Shown here piece after piece: positions 9,888 to 19,832 of a stretch of 64,000 nt of DNA. The notes beneath the pieces are model-generated. The model made no database searches, had not been told where the DNA came from, and was given only the letters and a program-made list of their open reading frames with translations. Numbering within the stretch: position 1 is the stretch's first letter; every line of letters begins with the position of its first letter. The translations under genes and the position numbers were made by a program. Source of the DNA: a bacterium (GTDB lineage Bacteria > Patescibacteriota > Minisyncoccia > UBA6257 > UBA9933); contig JAUYBE010000006.1 of the NCBI GenBank assembly GCA_030693235.1, positions 139,601 through 203,600 of the forward strand, written 5' to 3'.

Positions 9888-10102
9888 AATTTTCAAGCCG
9901 ATAGGCGCTGAAAATTTTACTAGAAAGCCTTTACCCCTCACCTTCTCTATTGATAATTGTTTAATAATTATATAAGGTAGACGCAAGTCGGCTTCGCCTT
10001 ATAGACGTGGTAGGTGTAAATTTATTGGTGGAAAAGGTGGGGGGTGCTCAATGTGATAGTAAAATTTACTTCGCATTGGGCTCGTAAATTTTAATCACAT
10101 TG
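9885..10102 (+). promoter_or_regulatory. Structured region (three hairpins) upstream of rpsD
   Basis: Stems at 9885-9919, 9933-9956/10022-10045 and 10049-10102. Confidence 0.5.
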
Positions 10103-10104
10103 GC

Positions 10105-10719
10105 ATGAAAAGATCTAAAGAAAAACTGGAACGTTCGTTGGGGATGAAGCTTTTTTTGAAAGCGGATCGTTGTAATTCGCCAAAATGCGCGATGGTCAGG
10201 CATCCTCAGCGTCCGGGTATGCATGGCGGAAAACGCCGGAGGGCGAAAACAGAATATGGCGATCAATTATTGGAAAAACAAAGAATAAGAGCAAGCTACG
10301 GGCTTCGGGAAAAACAACTGGCCCGCATTGTCGAAGAGTCTATGAAAAAAACGGGTTCAGTGGGCGAAGCGATTATCAGCTCTTTGGAGCGTCAGTTTTT
10401 CAATGTGATTTTTCGTCTGGGAATAGCGCCTTCACGGGTTGTTTCAAGACAATTTATCAGCCATGGTCATTTTTTGGTTAACGGTAAAAAAGTTACCATT
10501 CCTTCTTATTCGACTAAAATAGGAGACATAGTTTCCATTAAACCTTCTTCTCGCGAGCTCTTGATTTTTAAAGATTTGCCTGATAAGCTTAAAAAATACG
10601 AAACGCTGGAATGGCTTGATTTGGATAAAGAAAAACTGGAAGGCAAAGTAAAGTCCTTGCCGCGCGATATTGAAATTCCGTTTGATATAAATTTAGTGGT
10701 GGATTATTATTCTAAATGA
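10105..10719 (+). CDS. rpsD: 30S ribosomal protein S4
   Basis: PG.HG, EYG.QL.EKQ, RQ.ISHGH..VNG, VVDYYSK. Confidence 0.97.
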   Translation: MKRSKEKLERSLGMKLFLKADRCNSPKCAMVRHPQRPGMHGGKRRRAKTEYGDQLLEKQRIRASYGLREKQLARIVEESMKKTGSVGEAIISSLERQFFNVIFRLGIAPSRVVSRQFISHGHFLVNGKKVTIPSYSTKIGDIVSIKPSSRELLIFKDLPDKLKKYETLEWLDLDKEKLEGKVKSLPRDIEIPFDINLVVDYYSK

Positions 10720-10792
10720 GTTTTTAGGTTTTAGTTTTTAGGTTTTAGATAAAAAAATCTAACACCTAACACCTAACACCTAACACCTAAAA
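10719..10792 (+). repeat. Family A heptamer hairpin, copy 3
   Basis: Identical to 3204-3277; precedes the GTG of rpoA. Confidence 0.95.
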
Positions 10793-10794
10793 AA

Positions 10795-11544
10795 GTGGAA
10801 TACACAAAACTTAGCGATGCCGTAAAAATTAAAAAAGTTTCTGAAACCGAACGCGAGGGCGTTTTTGAAATTGAAGGGCTTTATGCCGGTTATGGATTGA
10901 CTTTAGGCAATTCTTTGCGCCGCGTCCTTCTTTCTTCATTGCCGGGAGCCGCCATTACCCAAATAAAAATTAAAGGCGTGGAACACGAATTTTCAACAAT
11001 TCCCGGAGTATTGGAAGACGTTCTCGAGATAACCTCAAATCTTAAAAAAGTGCGCTTTCATTTTTACGCCGCCGAGCCCCAGATTTTAACTTTGAAAATC
11101 AAAGGAGAGAAAAAAGTCCTGGCCAAAGACATTAAAACAAACGCTCAAGTGGAAGTGGTTAATCCGGACGCTCATATTGCCACTCTTACAAGCAAGAATG
11201 CCGAAATTGATATGGAGATTATTGTGGAAAAGGGGCTTGGTTATGTTCCTGTGGAAGCCAGAAAAATCGAGAAATTGCCCGTTAAAACAATCGCTCTTGA
11301 CGCTATTTTTACGCCAGTGGTTAAAGTTAATTTTAACGTTGAAAATATGCGGGTTGGCGAACGCACCGACTACAACAGATTAAGACTTTTTATTGAAACC
11401 GACGGCAGTATTACGCCTTCAAGCGTTCTTCATAAATCTTGCAGTATTTTAAAAGACCACTTTGAAAAAATTTCGGCGCTCGAAATTAAAGGAATAGAAT
11501 CGAAAGCGGAACCGGCGGAGAAAAAAACGAAAAAGAAAAAGTAA
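10795..11544 (+). CDS. rpoA: RNA polymerase alpha subunit, lacking an evident alpha-CTD
   Basis: GYGLTLGNSLRRVLLSSLPG, HEFSTIPGV.ED; only 249 aa. Confidence 0.96.
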   Translation: MEYTKLSDAVKIKKVSETEREGVFEIEGLYAGYGLTLGNSLRRVLLSSLPGAAITQIKIKGVEHEFSTIPGVLEDVLEITSNLKKVRFHFYAAEPQILTLKIKGEKKVLAKDIKTNAQVEVVNPDAHIATLTSKNAEIDMEIIVEKGLGYVPVEARKIEKLPVKTIALDAIFTPVVKVNFNVENMRVGERTDYNRLRLFIETDGSITPSSVLHKSCSILKDHFEKISALEIKGIESKAEPAEKKTKKKK

Positions 11545-11545
11545 T

Positions 11546-11642
11546 TAGACGCGATGCGAAACAACAAATACATTCGAATGCCGCGAAAAATTAATTCGTA
11601 GCATTCGCATCTATTCGTAGTTTAGCATCGGGTAGCGAAGCG
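11546..11642 (+). repeat. Family B-related CGAA/TTCG inverted-repeat element
   Basis: GATGCGAA..TTCGAA..CGCGAA / TTCGTAGCATTCGCATCTATTCGTAG. Confidence 0.6.
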
Positions 11643-11993
11643 ATGAGACATTTAGTAAAAGGCCGAAAATTTCACAGAGGGAAAGGGCAACGAAACGCTC
11701 TTTTTAAAAGTTTAATCAATAATTTTATTTTAAAAGAAAAGATAGAAACAACCGAAGCCAAAGCTAAAGAAATTCGGCCTAAAATGGAAAAATTAATAAC
11801 TGCCGGAAAAAAGCGGAATTTAAGCGTTTTAAGGATATTGACAGAACAACTTCCCAAGAAAGCCGCTTTGAAAATCTATTACGAATTAAGTCCCCGCTAT
11901 CAAGAACGAAAAGGCGGTTATACCAGAATAACCAAAAGCGCTAAAACCAGAAAGAACGATGGAGCGAAGATGGCGGTGATAGAGTTTGTGTGA
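11643..11993 (+). CDS. rplQ: 50S ribosomal protein L17
   Basis: MRH, I.TT.AKAKE, R.GGYTRI, DGA.MA.IE. Confidence 0.97.
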   Translation: MRHLVKGRKFHRGKGQRNALFKSLINNFILKEKIETTEAKAKEIRPKMEKLITAGKKRNLSVLRILTEQLPKKAALKIYYELSPRYQERKGGYTRITKSAKTRKNDGAKMAVIEFV

Positions 11994-11997
11994 GGGG

Positions 11998-12041
11998 TTG
12001 ACAATTTTGTTGTTGACAATTAATATTAGATAATATAAATT
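11998..12041 (+). promoter_or_regulatory. Probable (tandem) promoter for tuf-rpsJ
   Basis: TTGACA at 11998 and 12013, with AT-rich -10 candidates 17 nt downstream (TAATAT, TAAATT). Confidence 0.5.
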
Positions 12042-12064
12042 TAAAAAGTCGCAATAATTAAATT

Positions 12065-12153
12065 CATACGAAAATACGAAAACATACGAAATTACGAAAA
12101 CTAACTTTCGTACATTCGTACAATTTCGCACTTTCGTAAGAAAATTTCGTATG
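12065..12153 (+). repeat. Family B (TACGAA/TTCGTA) hairpin, copy 1, includes tuf ATG
   Basis: CATACGAAAATACGAAAACATACGAAATTACGAAA...TTCGTACATTCGTACAATTTCGCACTTTCGTAAGAAAATTTCGTATG. Confidence 0.92.
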
Positions 12154-13350
12154 GCAGAAAAAGCAAAATTTGAAAGAGTTAAGCCGCACATTAATGTTGG
12201 AACTATCGGTCATGTCGATCACGGCAAAACAACTTTAACCGCGGCCATCACTCATGTTCTTAAATTAAAAGGTCTTATCGCGAAAGAGGAGTCGGTTGAT
12301 CAAATCGATAACGCGCCGGAAGAGAAAGCCCGGGGCATTACTATCGCTTTGCATCACTCGGAATATGAATCCGAGAAACGGCATTACGCTCATATCGACG
12401 CTCCGGGACACGCCGATTACATTAAAAATATGATTACCGGCGCGGCTCAAATGGATGGCGCGGTTTTGGTAGTGGCGGCGACTGACGGTCCTATGCCTCA
12501 AACGCGCGAACACATTCTTTTGGCCCGTCAGGTTGGCGTGCCGTCTCTCGTTGTTTTTTTAAACAAAGTTGATATGGTTGATGACCCGGAATTGGTTAGC
12601 TTGGTGGAAGCCGAGGTAAGGGAACTTTTGAAGAAATATAATTTCCCGGGAGATGAAACTCCGATTATAAAAGGATCGGCTCTTAAGGCGCTGGAGGCGC
12701 AATCAGTCGATGACGAAGCGATTAAACCGATTTTGGAATTAATAAAAGCATTGGACGAATACATTCCCGAACCGACGCGAGAAATTGATAAGCCGTTTTT
12801 GATGCCGGTTGAAGATATTTTCTCGATTGAGGGTCGGGGAACCGTGGTAACCGGTCGGATTGAAAGGGGAATGGTTAAAATTAACGAGGAAATAGAAATT
12901 ATCGGTTTGAAACCCACTCAAAAAACGGTTGTAACGGGCATTGAAATGTTTAATAAGCTTCTTGACGAAGGCCGGGCCGGCGACAATGTCGGCATTTTAC
13001 TCCGCGGTCTTAAAAAGGAAGATGTTGAACGGGGTCAGGTTTTGGCGAAGCCGGGGAGCGTGACTCCTCACACAGAATTCGAAGCGGAAGTTTACGTACT
13101 TTCAAAAGAGGAAGGCGGCAGGCATACGCCATTCTTCAAAGGATATAAACCGCAACTTTATATTCGAACCACCGACGTTACCGGAGAAGTGATTTTACCG
13201 GAAGGCATTGAAATGGTAATGCCGGGCGATACAATTAATCTAAAAGTTAATTTAATCGCGCCGGTGGCTTTGGAAGAAAAACAGCGTTTTGCCATTCGTG
13301 AAGGAGGCAAGACTGTCGGCGCCGGAGCGGTAACGAAGATATTGAAGTAG
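12151..13350 (+). CDS. tuf: Elongation factor Tu
   Basis: [27 protein letters not shown]. Confidence 0.99.
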   Translation: MAEKAKFERVKPHINVGTIGHVDHGKTTLTAAITHVLKLKGLIAKEESVDQIDNAPEEKARGITIALHHSEYESEKRHYAHIDAPGHADYIKNMITGAAQMDGAVLVVAATDGPMPQTREHILLARQVGVPSLVVFLNKVDMVDDPELVSLVEAEVRELLKKYNFPGDETPIIKGSALKALEAQSVDDEAIKPILELIKALDEYIPEPTREIDKPFLMPVEDIFSIEGRGTVVTGRIERGMVKINEEIEIIGLKPTQKTVVTGIEMFNKLLDEGRAGDNVGILLRGLKKEDVERGQVLAKPGSVTPHTEFEAEVYVLSKEEGGRHTPFFKGYKPQLYIRTTDVTGEVILPEGIEMVMPGDTINLKVNLIAPVALEEKQRFAIREGGKTVGAGAVTKILK

Positions 13351-13359
13351 TCCCTTGTC

Positions 13360-13698
13360 ATGACAAAGAAAAAAGAAAAGGAAATTGAACATCAAACAAA
13401 GTTGCGTTTAAGAATAAAATCTTACGATCATAAATTGATTGATAGTTCTTCGCGGCAGATTATTGATATTGCGGTAAGACAGAACGCCGAAGTGATCGGA
13501 CCGGTTCTGTTACCGACGGATTTCAAGCGTTATACGGTTAATCGCTCAACTTTCGTCCATAAAGATTCAAGGGAACAGTTTGAATTGCGGGTTCATAAAC
13601 GCTTGATTGATATTTTAAATCCAAACCCAAAAATTATTGAAGCTTTGTCCAATCTCAATCTGCCGGCAGGCATTGACATTGAAATTAAAATGATATAA
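13360..13698 (+). CDS. rpsJ: 30S ribosomal protein S10
   Basis: [24 protein letters not shown]. Confidence 0.98.
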   Translation: MTKKKEKEIEHQTKLRLRIKSYDHKLIDSSSRQIIDIAVRQNAEVIGPVLLPTDFKRYTVNRSTFVHKDSREQFELRVHKRLIDILNPNPKIIEALSNLNLPAGIDIEIKMI

Positions 13699-13792
13699 AA
13701 TTTTGCTTGGTGAGTGATGAGTTTTCCTTATCTTCAACTCTCCGATCTTGGTCGGAGAAGCGAAGAAATCTAAGGAAAGCCCTTCTAATTTT

Positions 13793-13823
13793 CCCCTCCG
13801 ACCTTGCGTCGGAGGGGTTTTTT
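13793..13823 (+). terminator. Intrinsic terminator after rpsJ
   Basis: CCCCTCCGAC-CTTGC-GTCGGAGGGG-TTTTTT. Confidence 0.75.
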
Positions 13824-13886
13824 GATTTTAGCAACTCATACGCGATCGCGCAAAAAGTTGATAATACAATCTATTGGCATATACAC

Positions 13887-14020
13887 TTGTAAATTTTCGC
13901 GCATTCTTTCATAATTAAATTGGCCGTTGATTGGAGGCGTTTCAGCGGGCGGTAAAGAAGCGCACTCACTAAATAAAAAAAATTGGAGGTCACCATTTGC
14001 CGCTCGCTGAAACGCCTGCC
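13887..14020 (+). ncRNA. Candidate small RNA with its own promoter
   Basis: TTGTAA-17-CATAAT followed by a 22-bp stem (13935-13956/13996-14017, 2 G.U) with a 39-nt loop. Confidence 0.35.
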
Positions 14021-14024
14021 CCGA

Positions 14025-14053
14025 TTGACATAAATTTTATTATTTGTTATTCT
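14025..14053 (+). promoter_or_regulatory. Sigma70 promoter of rplC operon
   Basis: TTGACA-17-TATTCT with extended TG. Confidence 0.75.
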
Positions 14054-14067
14054 TAACTCACTAAAAA

Positions 14068-14115
14068 GATTTAGCTTAAAAAATGAGGGGCTAAATCCCT
14101 CATTTTTATATTTTT
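14068..14115 (+). promoter_or_regulatory. rplC leader: overlapping stems (attenuator or pseudoknot)
   Basis: GATTTAGC/GCTAAATC and AAAAATGAGGG/CCCTCATTTTT followed by a T-rich tract. Confidence 0.5.
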
Positions 14116-14129
14116 ATTAAAATAAAATT

Positions 14130-14759
14130 ATGGCATTCATTTTAGGCAAAAAATTAAAAATGTCGCAGATTTGGAAAGATGATGAAGTGATTCCGGTAAC
14201 GTTGATTCAAGCGGGACCGATAACGATAACGCAAATCAGGACAAAGGAAAAAGACGGTTATGAAGCGGTTCAGGTTGGATTCGGAACGAAAAAATTAAAG
14301 AACATCAAAAAACCGCAGCAAGGCCAATTTAAAAATTTGGGCAATTTTCAGCATGTCCGCGAATTTCGGATTAAACAATTACCAATTACCAGTTACCAGT
14401 TACCAAAAGTAGGCGATGTTTTGGATGTCAGTCAATTTGAAGACGGTGGCAAAGTAAAAATCAGCGGCTTAAATAAAGGTAAGGGATTTCAAGGAGTCGT
14501 TAAGCGCCACGGTTTTCATGGCGGACCGAAAACTCACGGCCAAAAAAATCGCCATCGAGCGCCCGGTTCAATTGGCGCCACGGCGCCGCAACGGGTAATG
14601 CCCGGGAAAAAAATGGCCGGTCGAATGGGACAGGAACGAATAACGGTTAAAAATTTAAAAATTGCCGGCGTGGATAAAGAAAACAATATTTTGATGATTA
14701 AAGGCGCGGTGCCGGGAATGAGGGGAACACTGTTGGAAATTAATCAGTATGACAGTTAA
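14130..14759 (+). CDS. rplC: 50S ribosomal protein L3
   Basis: KDGYEAVQ, KGKGFQGVVKRHGF, GKKMAGRMG. Confidence 0.98.
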   Translation: MAFILGKKLKMSQIWKDDEVIPVTLIQAGPITITQIRTKEKDGYEAVQVGFGTKKLKNIKKPQQGQFKNLGNFQHVREFRIKQLPITSYQLPKVGDVLDVSQFEDGGKVKISGLNKGKGFQGVVKRHGFHGGPKTHGQKNRHRAPGSIGATAPQRVMPGKKMAGRMGQERITVKNLKIAGVDKENNILMIKGAVPGMRGTLLEINQYDS

Positions 14760-15375
14760 TTTATATAATCAAAAAAATGAAAAAGCAGGTGCGATAGATT
14801 TGCCAGATAGGATATTCGCGGTAAAATGGAATCCCGATTTGGTTCATCAGGCTTTGATGACTCAATTGGGAAATCGTCGCCAGCCGTTAGCTCACGCTAA
14901 GGGCAGAGGCGAGGTGTCCGGCGGCGGCAAAAAGCCTTGGAAACAAAAGGGCACCGGCCGAGCGAGGCACGGTTCTATTCGTTCGCCCATTTGGAAAGGC
15001 GGAGGCGTTACGCATGGTCCAAACAAAGAAAGGGTTTTCACCAAAAAAATAAATAAAAAAATGAACAGGTTGGCTATTTTTAGCGTTCTTTCCAGAAAAT
15101 TTAAGGACGGCGAGGTAAAAATAATTGAACAATTTGACAGAGACGCCCAAAAAACCGGAAAGTGGAAAGAAATTTTAAAAAATATCAGCGATTTAAGATC
15201 GCGAACGCTTCTTGTTTCCGCTTCCATTAACGGAAGCGTTCATCGAGCGGTTAGAAATATTGAAAAAGTTGACGCCATCGGTTCATTTTCTTTAAATGTT
15301 TACGACTTATTGAAAGCGAAAAATATTATTTTGGAAAAAGAATCAATAAAGGAAATGGAAAAACACTATAAATAA
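14749..15375 (+). CDS. rplD: 50S ribosomal protein L4
   Basis: KPWKQKGTGRARHGS.RSP. Confidence 0.98.
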   Translation: MTVNLYNQKNEKAGAIDLPDRIFAVKWNPDLVHQALMTQLGNRRQPLAHAKGRGEVSGGGKKPWKQKGTGRARHGSIRSPIWKGGGVTHGPNKERVFTKKINKKMNRLAIFSVLSRKFKDGEVKIIEQFDRDAQKTGKWKEILKNISDLRSRTLLVSASINGSVHRAVRNIEKVDAIGSFSLNVYDLLKAKNIILEKESIKEMEKHYK

Positions 15376-15376
15376 T

Positions 15377-15664
15377 ATGAATACCAAACCATCATCATTG
15401 ATAAAGCAAGCGTGGATTACCGAAAAAGCCGGGGATTTATCGGGTTTTAACAAGTATATTTTTATCGTCGATAAAAAAGCCAATAAGTCGGAAACCAAAA
15501 AAGCGATTGAATCAATTTATGGAGTAAAAGTGAACGATGTCAATATTATAAATACCAAAGGCAAATCAAAAAGATTGGGCCGCAGTTTGGGAAAAACGTC
15601 GACTTATAAAAAAGCGATTGTAACATTGAAAGAAGGCCATAAAATTGATATTATGCCCGCGTAA
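15377..15664 (+). CDS. rplW: 50S ribosomal protein L23
   Basis: ITEKA, YKKAIVTL; position in operon. Confidence 0.95.
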   Translation: MNTKPSSLIKQAWITEKAGDLSGFNKYIFIVDKKANKSETKKAIESIYGVKVNDVNIINTKGKSKRLGRSLGKTSTYKKAIVTLKEGHKIDIMPA

Positions 15665-15670
15665 AAATTT

Positions 15671-16492
15671 ATGAAAACTTATAAACCGACAACTCCATCA
15701 AGAAGGCAGATGACCACCGTTGATTACGGCGTTTTAAGCGCGGTTGAGCCGTTCAAGAGTTTAACTAAAAAACTGCAAAAACATTCGGGCAGAAACAACC
15801 AAGGCAGAATTACCATGAGGCATCAGGGCGGCGGCAATAAAAAACTTTACAGAATTATTGATTTCAAGCAAGATAAACTGGATGTTCCGGCAAAAATTGA
15901 AACGCTGGAATATGACCCTTATCGAACGGCTTTCATCGCCCTTTTGCTTTACCGCGACGGAGAGCGGCGCTATATTTTATGTTCAAAAAACATTAAAGTC
16001 GGCGATGAAATTATTGCTTCGGAAAACGCGGCTCTTAAAGAAGGGAACAGGTTGTTGTTGAAAAATATTCCGGTCGGTTATTTGGTTTACAATGTGGAAT
16101 TGAGCAAAGGCAAGGGCGGACAGTTGGCGAGAAGCGCTGGTTCTTACGCTGAAGTTTTGGCTCAAGAAAACGGTTTTACCAATTTAAAACTTTCTTCGGG
16201 AGAAATCCGGAAAATTCATTGGAATAATTTTGCTTCATTGGGACAGGTTTCAAATCCCGACCATAATTTGGTTACGATCGGCAAAGCCGGCCGTTCACGG
16301 CATTTGGGTATTCGACCGACGGTTCGGGGTTCGGCGATGAATCCTTGCGATCATCCTTACGGAGGCGGCGAGGGAAGAACGCAGCGCGGTACTCGGAAGC
16401 CGAAAACAAAATGGGGTAAAATTACGGGAGGCAGAAAAACGCGGAAGAAAAAGAAATTAAGCGGTAAATATATTATTAAGAAAAGGAAATAA
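15671..16492 (+). CDS. rplB: 50S ribosomal protein L2
   Basis: [29 protein letters not shown]. Confidence 0.99.
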   Translation: MKTYKPTTPSRRQMTTVDYGVLSAVEPFKSLTKKLQKHSGRNNQGRITMRHQGGGNKKLYRIIDFKQDKLDVPAKIETLEYDPYRTAFIALLLYRDGERRYILCSKNIKVGDEIIASENAALKEGNRLLLKNIPVGYLVYNVELSKGKGGQLARSAGSYAEVLAQENGFTNLKLSSGEIRKIHWNNFASLGQVSNPDHNLVTIGKAGRSRHLGIRPTVRGSAMNPCDHPYGGGEGRTQRGTRKPKTKWGKITGGRKTRKKKKLSGKYIIKKRK

Positions 16493-16494
16493 TT

Positions 16495-16794
16495 ATGAGC
16501 AGAAGTTCTAAAAAGGGTCCGTATGTTGATCCAAAATTATTAAAGAAAATAGCTAATCTGAAGCCGGGCGATAAGTCCGCTATTAAAACTTGGTCGCGTG
16601 ATTCGGAAATTTCACCGGAAATGGTCGGTTTTGTTTTTGCGGTTCATAATGGAAAAGATTTTATTACAGTGAGAATTGTCGAAGAAATGATTGGTCATCG
16701 GCTTGGAGAATTCTCGCCGACCAGAAAATTTACCAGGCACGGCGGTAAGATGCAGAAAGAATTGGAAAAGAAAACAACAGAAACAAAAAAATGA
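16495..16794 (+). CDS. rpsS: 30S ribosomal protein S19
   Basis: [22 protein letters not shown]. Confidence 0.98.
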   Translation: MSRSSKKGPYVDPKLLKKIANLKPGDKSAIKTWSRDSEISPEMVGFVFAVHNGKDFITVRIVEEMIGHRLGEFSPTRKFTRHGGKMQKELEKKTTETKK

Positions 16795-16798
16795 TATT

Positions 16799-17314
16799 AT
16801 GAAGACTCAAACAGCCAGATTAAAATATTTACATATCGCTCCGCGGAAAGCGCGGTTGGTCGCCAGTTCCTTGAAAGGCTTATCTGTCAATGAGGCCGAG
16901 GCTCAGCTTTTAATAAGTCCGAAAAGAGCAGGCGAACCGATTATCAAGCTTCTTCGGTCAGCGGTCGCTAATGCCAAGCACAACAGCCAATTGAACGCAG
17001 ATAATCTTTTTATCAAGGAAATCAGAGTAGACCAAGGACCGATGTTGAAAAGATTTTTGCCGAGGGCTATGGGTCGGGCAACGCCGCTTCAGAAGAAGAG
17101 CAGCCACATTACTTTGGTCTTGGCTGAATCGGAAAAATTAAAAGCGCCGCGTTTTAAAATCGTAAAACCCGAAAAAATTTCAAAGAAAGAAAAAATTGAA
17201 AAAATAAAAAAAGAAACAGATATTGAAAAGCCCAAAATAACGGAAAGAGATAAAATAAAACCAATTGAAAAACCCGGTTTTATGAAAAAGATGTTTAGAA
17301 GAAAAAGCATATAA
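16799..17314 (+). CDS. rplV: 50S ribosomal protein L22 with Lys/Glu-rich C-terminal extension
   Basis: APRKARLV, SAVANA, PRAMGRA; start at 16799. Confidence 0.96.
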   Translation: MKTQTARLKYLHIAPRKARLVASSLKGLSVNEAEAQLLISPKRAGEPIIKLLRSAVANAKHNSQLNADNLFIKEIRVDQGPMLKRFLPRAMGRATPLQKKSSHITLVLAESEKLKAPRFKIVKPEKISKKEKIEKIKKETDIEKPKITERDKIKPIEKPGFMKKMFRRKSI

Positions 17315-17320
17315 ATAATT

Positions 17321-18007
17321 ATGGGACAAAAAATTAGACCAGATTCATTTAGAACGGGAATTACCAGAGGATGGTTGGCAAATTGGTTTCCCAAAAGATT
17401 GGATTTTAAAAATTCGCTGGAAGAAGACGTTCTAATCAGGGAAATTATTAAAGAAAAAATCAATGCCGCCGGCATCGATAAAATTTTAATAGAAAAAACG
17501 GGCAATAATAATTATCGAATTTTTATAAAAGCCAGCCGTCCGGGACTGATTATCGGCCGAGGAGGAAAAGGAATTGAGGAATTGACCAAATTATTGGAAA
17601 ACAAACTGATAAAATTAAGAGAAAAAAAAGGCGTTTCAAGTCCGATATCTTTAAGTTTAAATATTGAAGAATTGAAGCGTTCGGAAATTTCAGCCAATGT
17701 TATTGCTCAAAATATCGCTTGGGATTTGGAAAAACGGTTGCCTTTTCGGCGGATTATGAAAAAAACTTTAGAGCAAATTCTTCAGAATAAAGAAGTCCAA
17801 GGAGCAAAAATCAGACTTTCGGGACGATTGGGTGGAGCTGAAATCGCCAGAGACGAACATCTGGAAAAGGGGAAGTTGCCTCTTCAGACGCTTCGGGCGA
17901 ATATCGATTACGGCGAAGTAACCGCTTTTACGACTTTTGGAACCATAGGCGTAAAGGTTTGGATATATAAGGGCTTGGTCTGGAATTATAAGGCGGAGCC
18001 GCAATAA
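17321..18007 (+). CDS. rpsC: 30S ribosomal protein S3
   Basis: MGQK..P, RPGLIIGRGG, GRLGGAEIAR, PLQTLRANIDY. Confidence 0.98.
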   Translation: MGQKIRPDSFRTGITRGWLANWFPKRLDFKNSLEEDVLIREIIKEKINAAGIDKILIEKTGNNNYRIFIKASRPGLIIGRGGKGIEELTKLLENKLIKLREKKGVSSPISLSLNIEELKRSEISANVIAQNIAWDLEKRLPFRRIMKKTLEQILQNKEVQGAKIRLSGRLGGAEIARDEHLEKGKLPLQTLRANIDYGEVTAFTTFGTIGVKVWIYKGLVWNYKAEPQ

Positions 18008-18145
18008 TTACAGTAACCAAACCTTACCCCGCACATATTTTGCGAAACTAATTTTGAATTAATAAATTAAAAAACCAATGATTAAATTTAAAAATAATAT
18101 AGATAAATTTTTATCGCTCCGCTCTAAAATTTATATAAAAATCGC

Positions 18146-18556
18146 ATGTTAATACCAAAAAAAGTTAAACATCGAAAATGGCAGAAAGGAAGATCGCTGA
18201 ACAGAAAAATTGAAACAAGAGGCACCACCTTGTCTTTTGGGAGTTTTGGGCTTCAGGCGTTGGAAAGCGACTGGATTAATTCGAGACAAATTGAAGCTTC
18301 CAGAAAAGCCATAACTCATTTTACCAAGAAAGGCGGCAAAATGTGGATAAGAATTTTTCCTGACAAGCCGATAACCAAGAAACCGCCGGAAGTTACCATG
18401 GGCGGCGGCAAAGGAGCGGTTGAGTATTATGTTTTTCCGGTAAAATCCGGAAGGATTTTATTTGAAATTGACGGAATCAATAAAGAATTAGCCGAAGAGG
18501 CTTTAAGAAGAGCCGGCCATAAATTACCCGTGAAAACAAGAATAATTTCAAAATGA
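18146..18556 (+). CDS. rplP: 50S ribosomal protein L16
   Basis: [19 protein letters not shown]. Confidence 0.98.
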   Translation: MLIPKKVKHRKWQKGRSLNRKIETRGTTLSFGSFGLQALESDWINSRQIEASRKAITHFTKKGGKMWIRIFPDKPITKKPPEVTMGGGKGAVEYYVFPVKSGRILFEIDGINKELAEEALRRAGHKLPVKTRIISK

Positions 18557-18744
18557 AAAAACAAGAATTTCAACAATTTCAAAATAAGCCATTGATCGAG
18601 CTTCAAAAAGAATTATTGGACTATCGCGAGAAATTAAGAAAATTGAAGTTTGATTTGGCGCAGGGTAAAGTTAAAAATATTAAAGAAATAAACGGGACAA
18701 AGAAAATAATAGCGCGAATAATGACAATCATTAATATAAAGTAA
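18553..18744 (+). CDS. rpmC: 50S ribosomal protein L29
   Basis: Position in operon; K.IARI.T. Confidence 0.9.
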   Translation: MKKQEFQQFQNKPLIELQKELLDYREKLRKLKFDLAQGKVKNIKEINGTKKIIARIMTIINIK

Positions 18745-18812
18745 TTGATAATTGCAAAATTGCTAATTGAAAGATTAATTTTTCAATCTTTAAATCAGCA
18801 ATCTTTCAATCA
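18743..18812 (+). repeat. Octamer inverted-repeat element (AATTGAAA/AATCTTTC), copy 1
   Basis: AATTGATAATTGCAAAATTGCTAATTGAAAGATT...TTCAATCTTTAAATCAGCAATCTTTCAATC. Confidence 0.75.
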
Positions 18813-18818
18813 TATTTT

Positions 18819-19049
18819 ATGAAAAGAACACTACAAGGAACAATAGTTTCCGATAAAATGAATAAAACCAGAGTTGTGGCTGTAACGCGTCTTAAAAAAC
18901 ATCCGATATATCATAAATATTATAAAGTAACGCGGAAATTTAAGGCGCATGACGAAAAAAACGAATATAAGGCCGGAGAAAAAGTAATCATTGAAGAAAC
19001 AAGGCCGATCAGCAAAGATAAAAGATGGAGAATTATTGGGAAACAATAA
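18819..19049 (+). CDS. rpsQ: 30S ribosomal protein S17
   Basis: [27 protein letters not shown]. Confidence 0.98.
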   Translation: MKRTLQGTIVSDKMNKTRVVAVTRLKKHPIYHKYYKVTRKFKAHDEKNEYKAGEKVIIEETRPISKDKRWRIIGKQ

Positions 19050-19117
19050 GTTTTTAGGTTTTAGTTTTTAGGTTTTAGAGAATTTCTAACACCTAACACC
19101 TAACACCTAACACCTAA
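19049..19117 (+). repeat. Family A heptamer hairpin, copy 4
   Basis: AGTTTTTAGGTTTTAGTTTTTAGGTTTTAGA-GAATT-TCTAACACCTAACACCTAACACCTAACACCTAA. Confidence 0.95.
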
Positions 19118-19122
19118 ATAAA

Positions 19123-19491
19123 ATGATTCAAGAACGTTCAATATTAAAAGTAGCCGATAATTCCGGAGCGAAAATAATCCGTTGTTTCAGGGTTTTGGGA
19201 GGAACGAGGCGCCGATACGCCGAAATCGGCGATATTATCGTTGCTTCGGTGCAAAAAGCCGAGCCCCGAAAACCGATTAAGAAAAAAGAAATAGTTAAGG
19301 CGGTAATTGTCAGGCAGAAAAAAACTTTTTGCCGTCGGGACGGTTCGTGCGTCAGATTCGATGAGAATGCCGCGGTTTTAATCGACGCTAAAAAAGAACC
19401 GCGAGCCACCAGAATTTTCGGACCGATTCCTCGGGAAATTAAAGAAAAAGGTTTCGAAAAAATAGCAACAATGGCGGAAGAAATAATATAA
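19123..19491 (+). CDS. rplN: 50S ribosomal protein L14
   Basis: MIQ..S.L.VADNSGAK, FDENAAV, TRIFGP. Confidence 0.98.
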   Translation: MIQERSILKVADNSGAKIIRCFRVLGGTRRRYAEIGDIIVASVQKAEPRKPIKKKEIVKAVIVRQKKTFCRRDGSCVRFDENAAVLIDAKKEPRATRIFGPIPREIKEKGFEKIATMAEEII

Positions 19492-19526
19492 ATCACCGAA
19501 TAACGAATTTATACGAATATACGAAT

Positions 19527-19832
19527 ATGCGAATAAAAAAAGGAGACACAGTTAAAATAATTGCCGGTAAAGATAAAGGAAAATCAGCAAAGGTCTTAAA
19601 GGTTTTTCCGGTTAAAAACAAAATTTTGATTGACGGTTTGAATGTTTATAAAAAACACGTTAAACCGAAAAAGCAAGGAGAAAAAGGCCAAACGGTTTTG
19701 GTGCCACGGCCGATTTATGTTTCCAATGCGATGTTGGTTTGTTCGGGTTGCGGCAATTCCGTAAAAACCGGCTATCGTTTGGGTAATGAAAAAAAAGAGA
19801 GAATATGTAAGAAATGCGGAGCGGTAATATAA
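19527..19832 (+). CDS. rplX: 50S ribosomal protein L24
   Basis: IKKGDTV.IIAGKDKGK. Confidence 0.97.
   Translation: MRIKKGDTVKIIAGKDKGKSAKVLKVFPVKNKILIDGLNVYKKHVKPKKQGEKGQTVLVPRPIYVSNAMLVCSGCGNSVKTGYRLGNEKKERICKKCGAVI

Noticed and set aside
10719-10792. Telomere or eukaryotic contamination (TTTTAGG is telomere-like)
   Set aside because: Only about four units, internal, paired with a counter-arm and placed precisely between bacterial genes.
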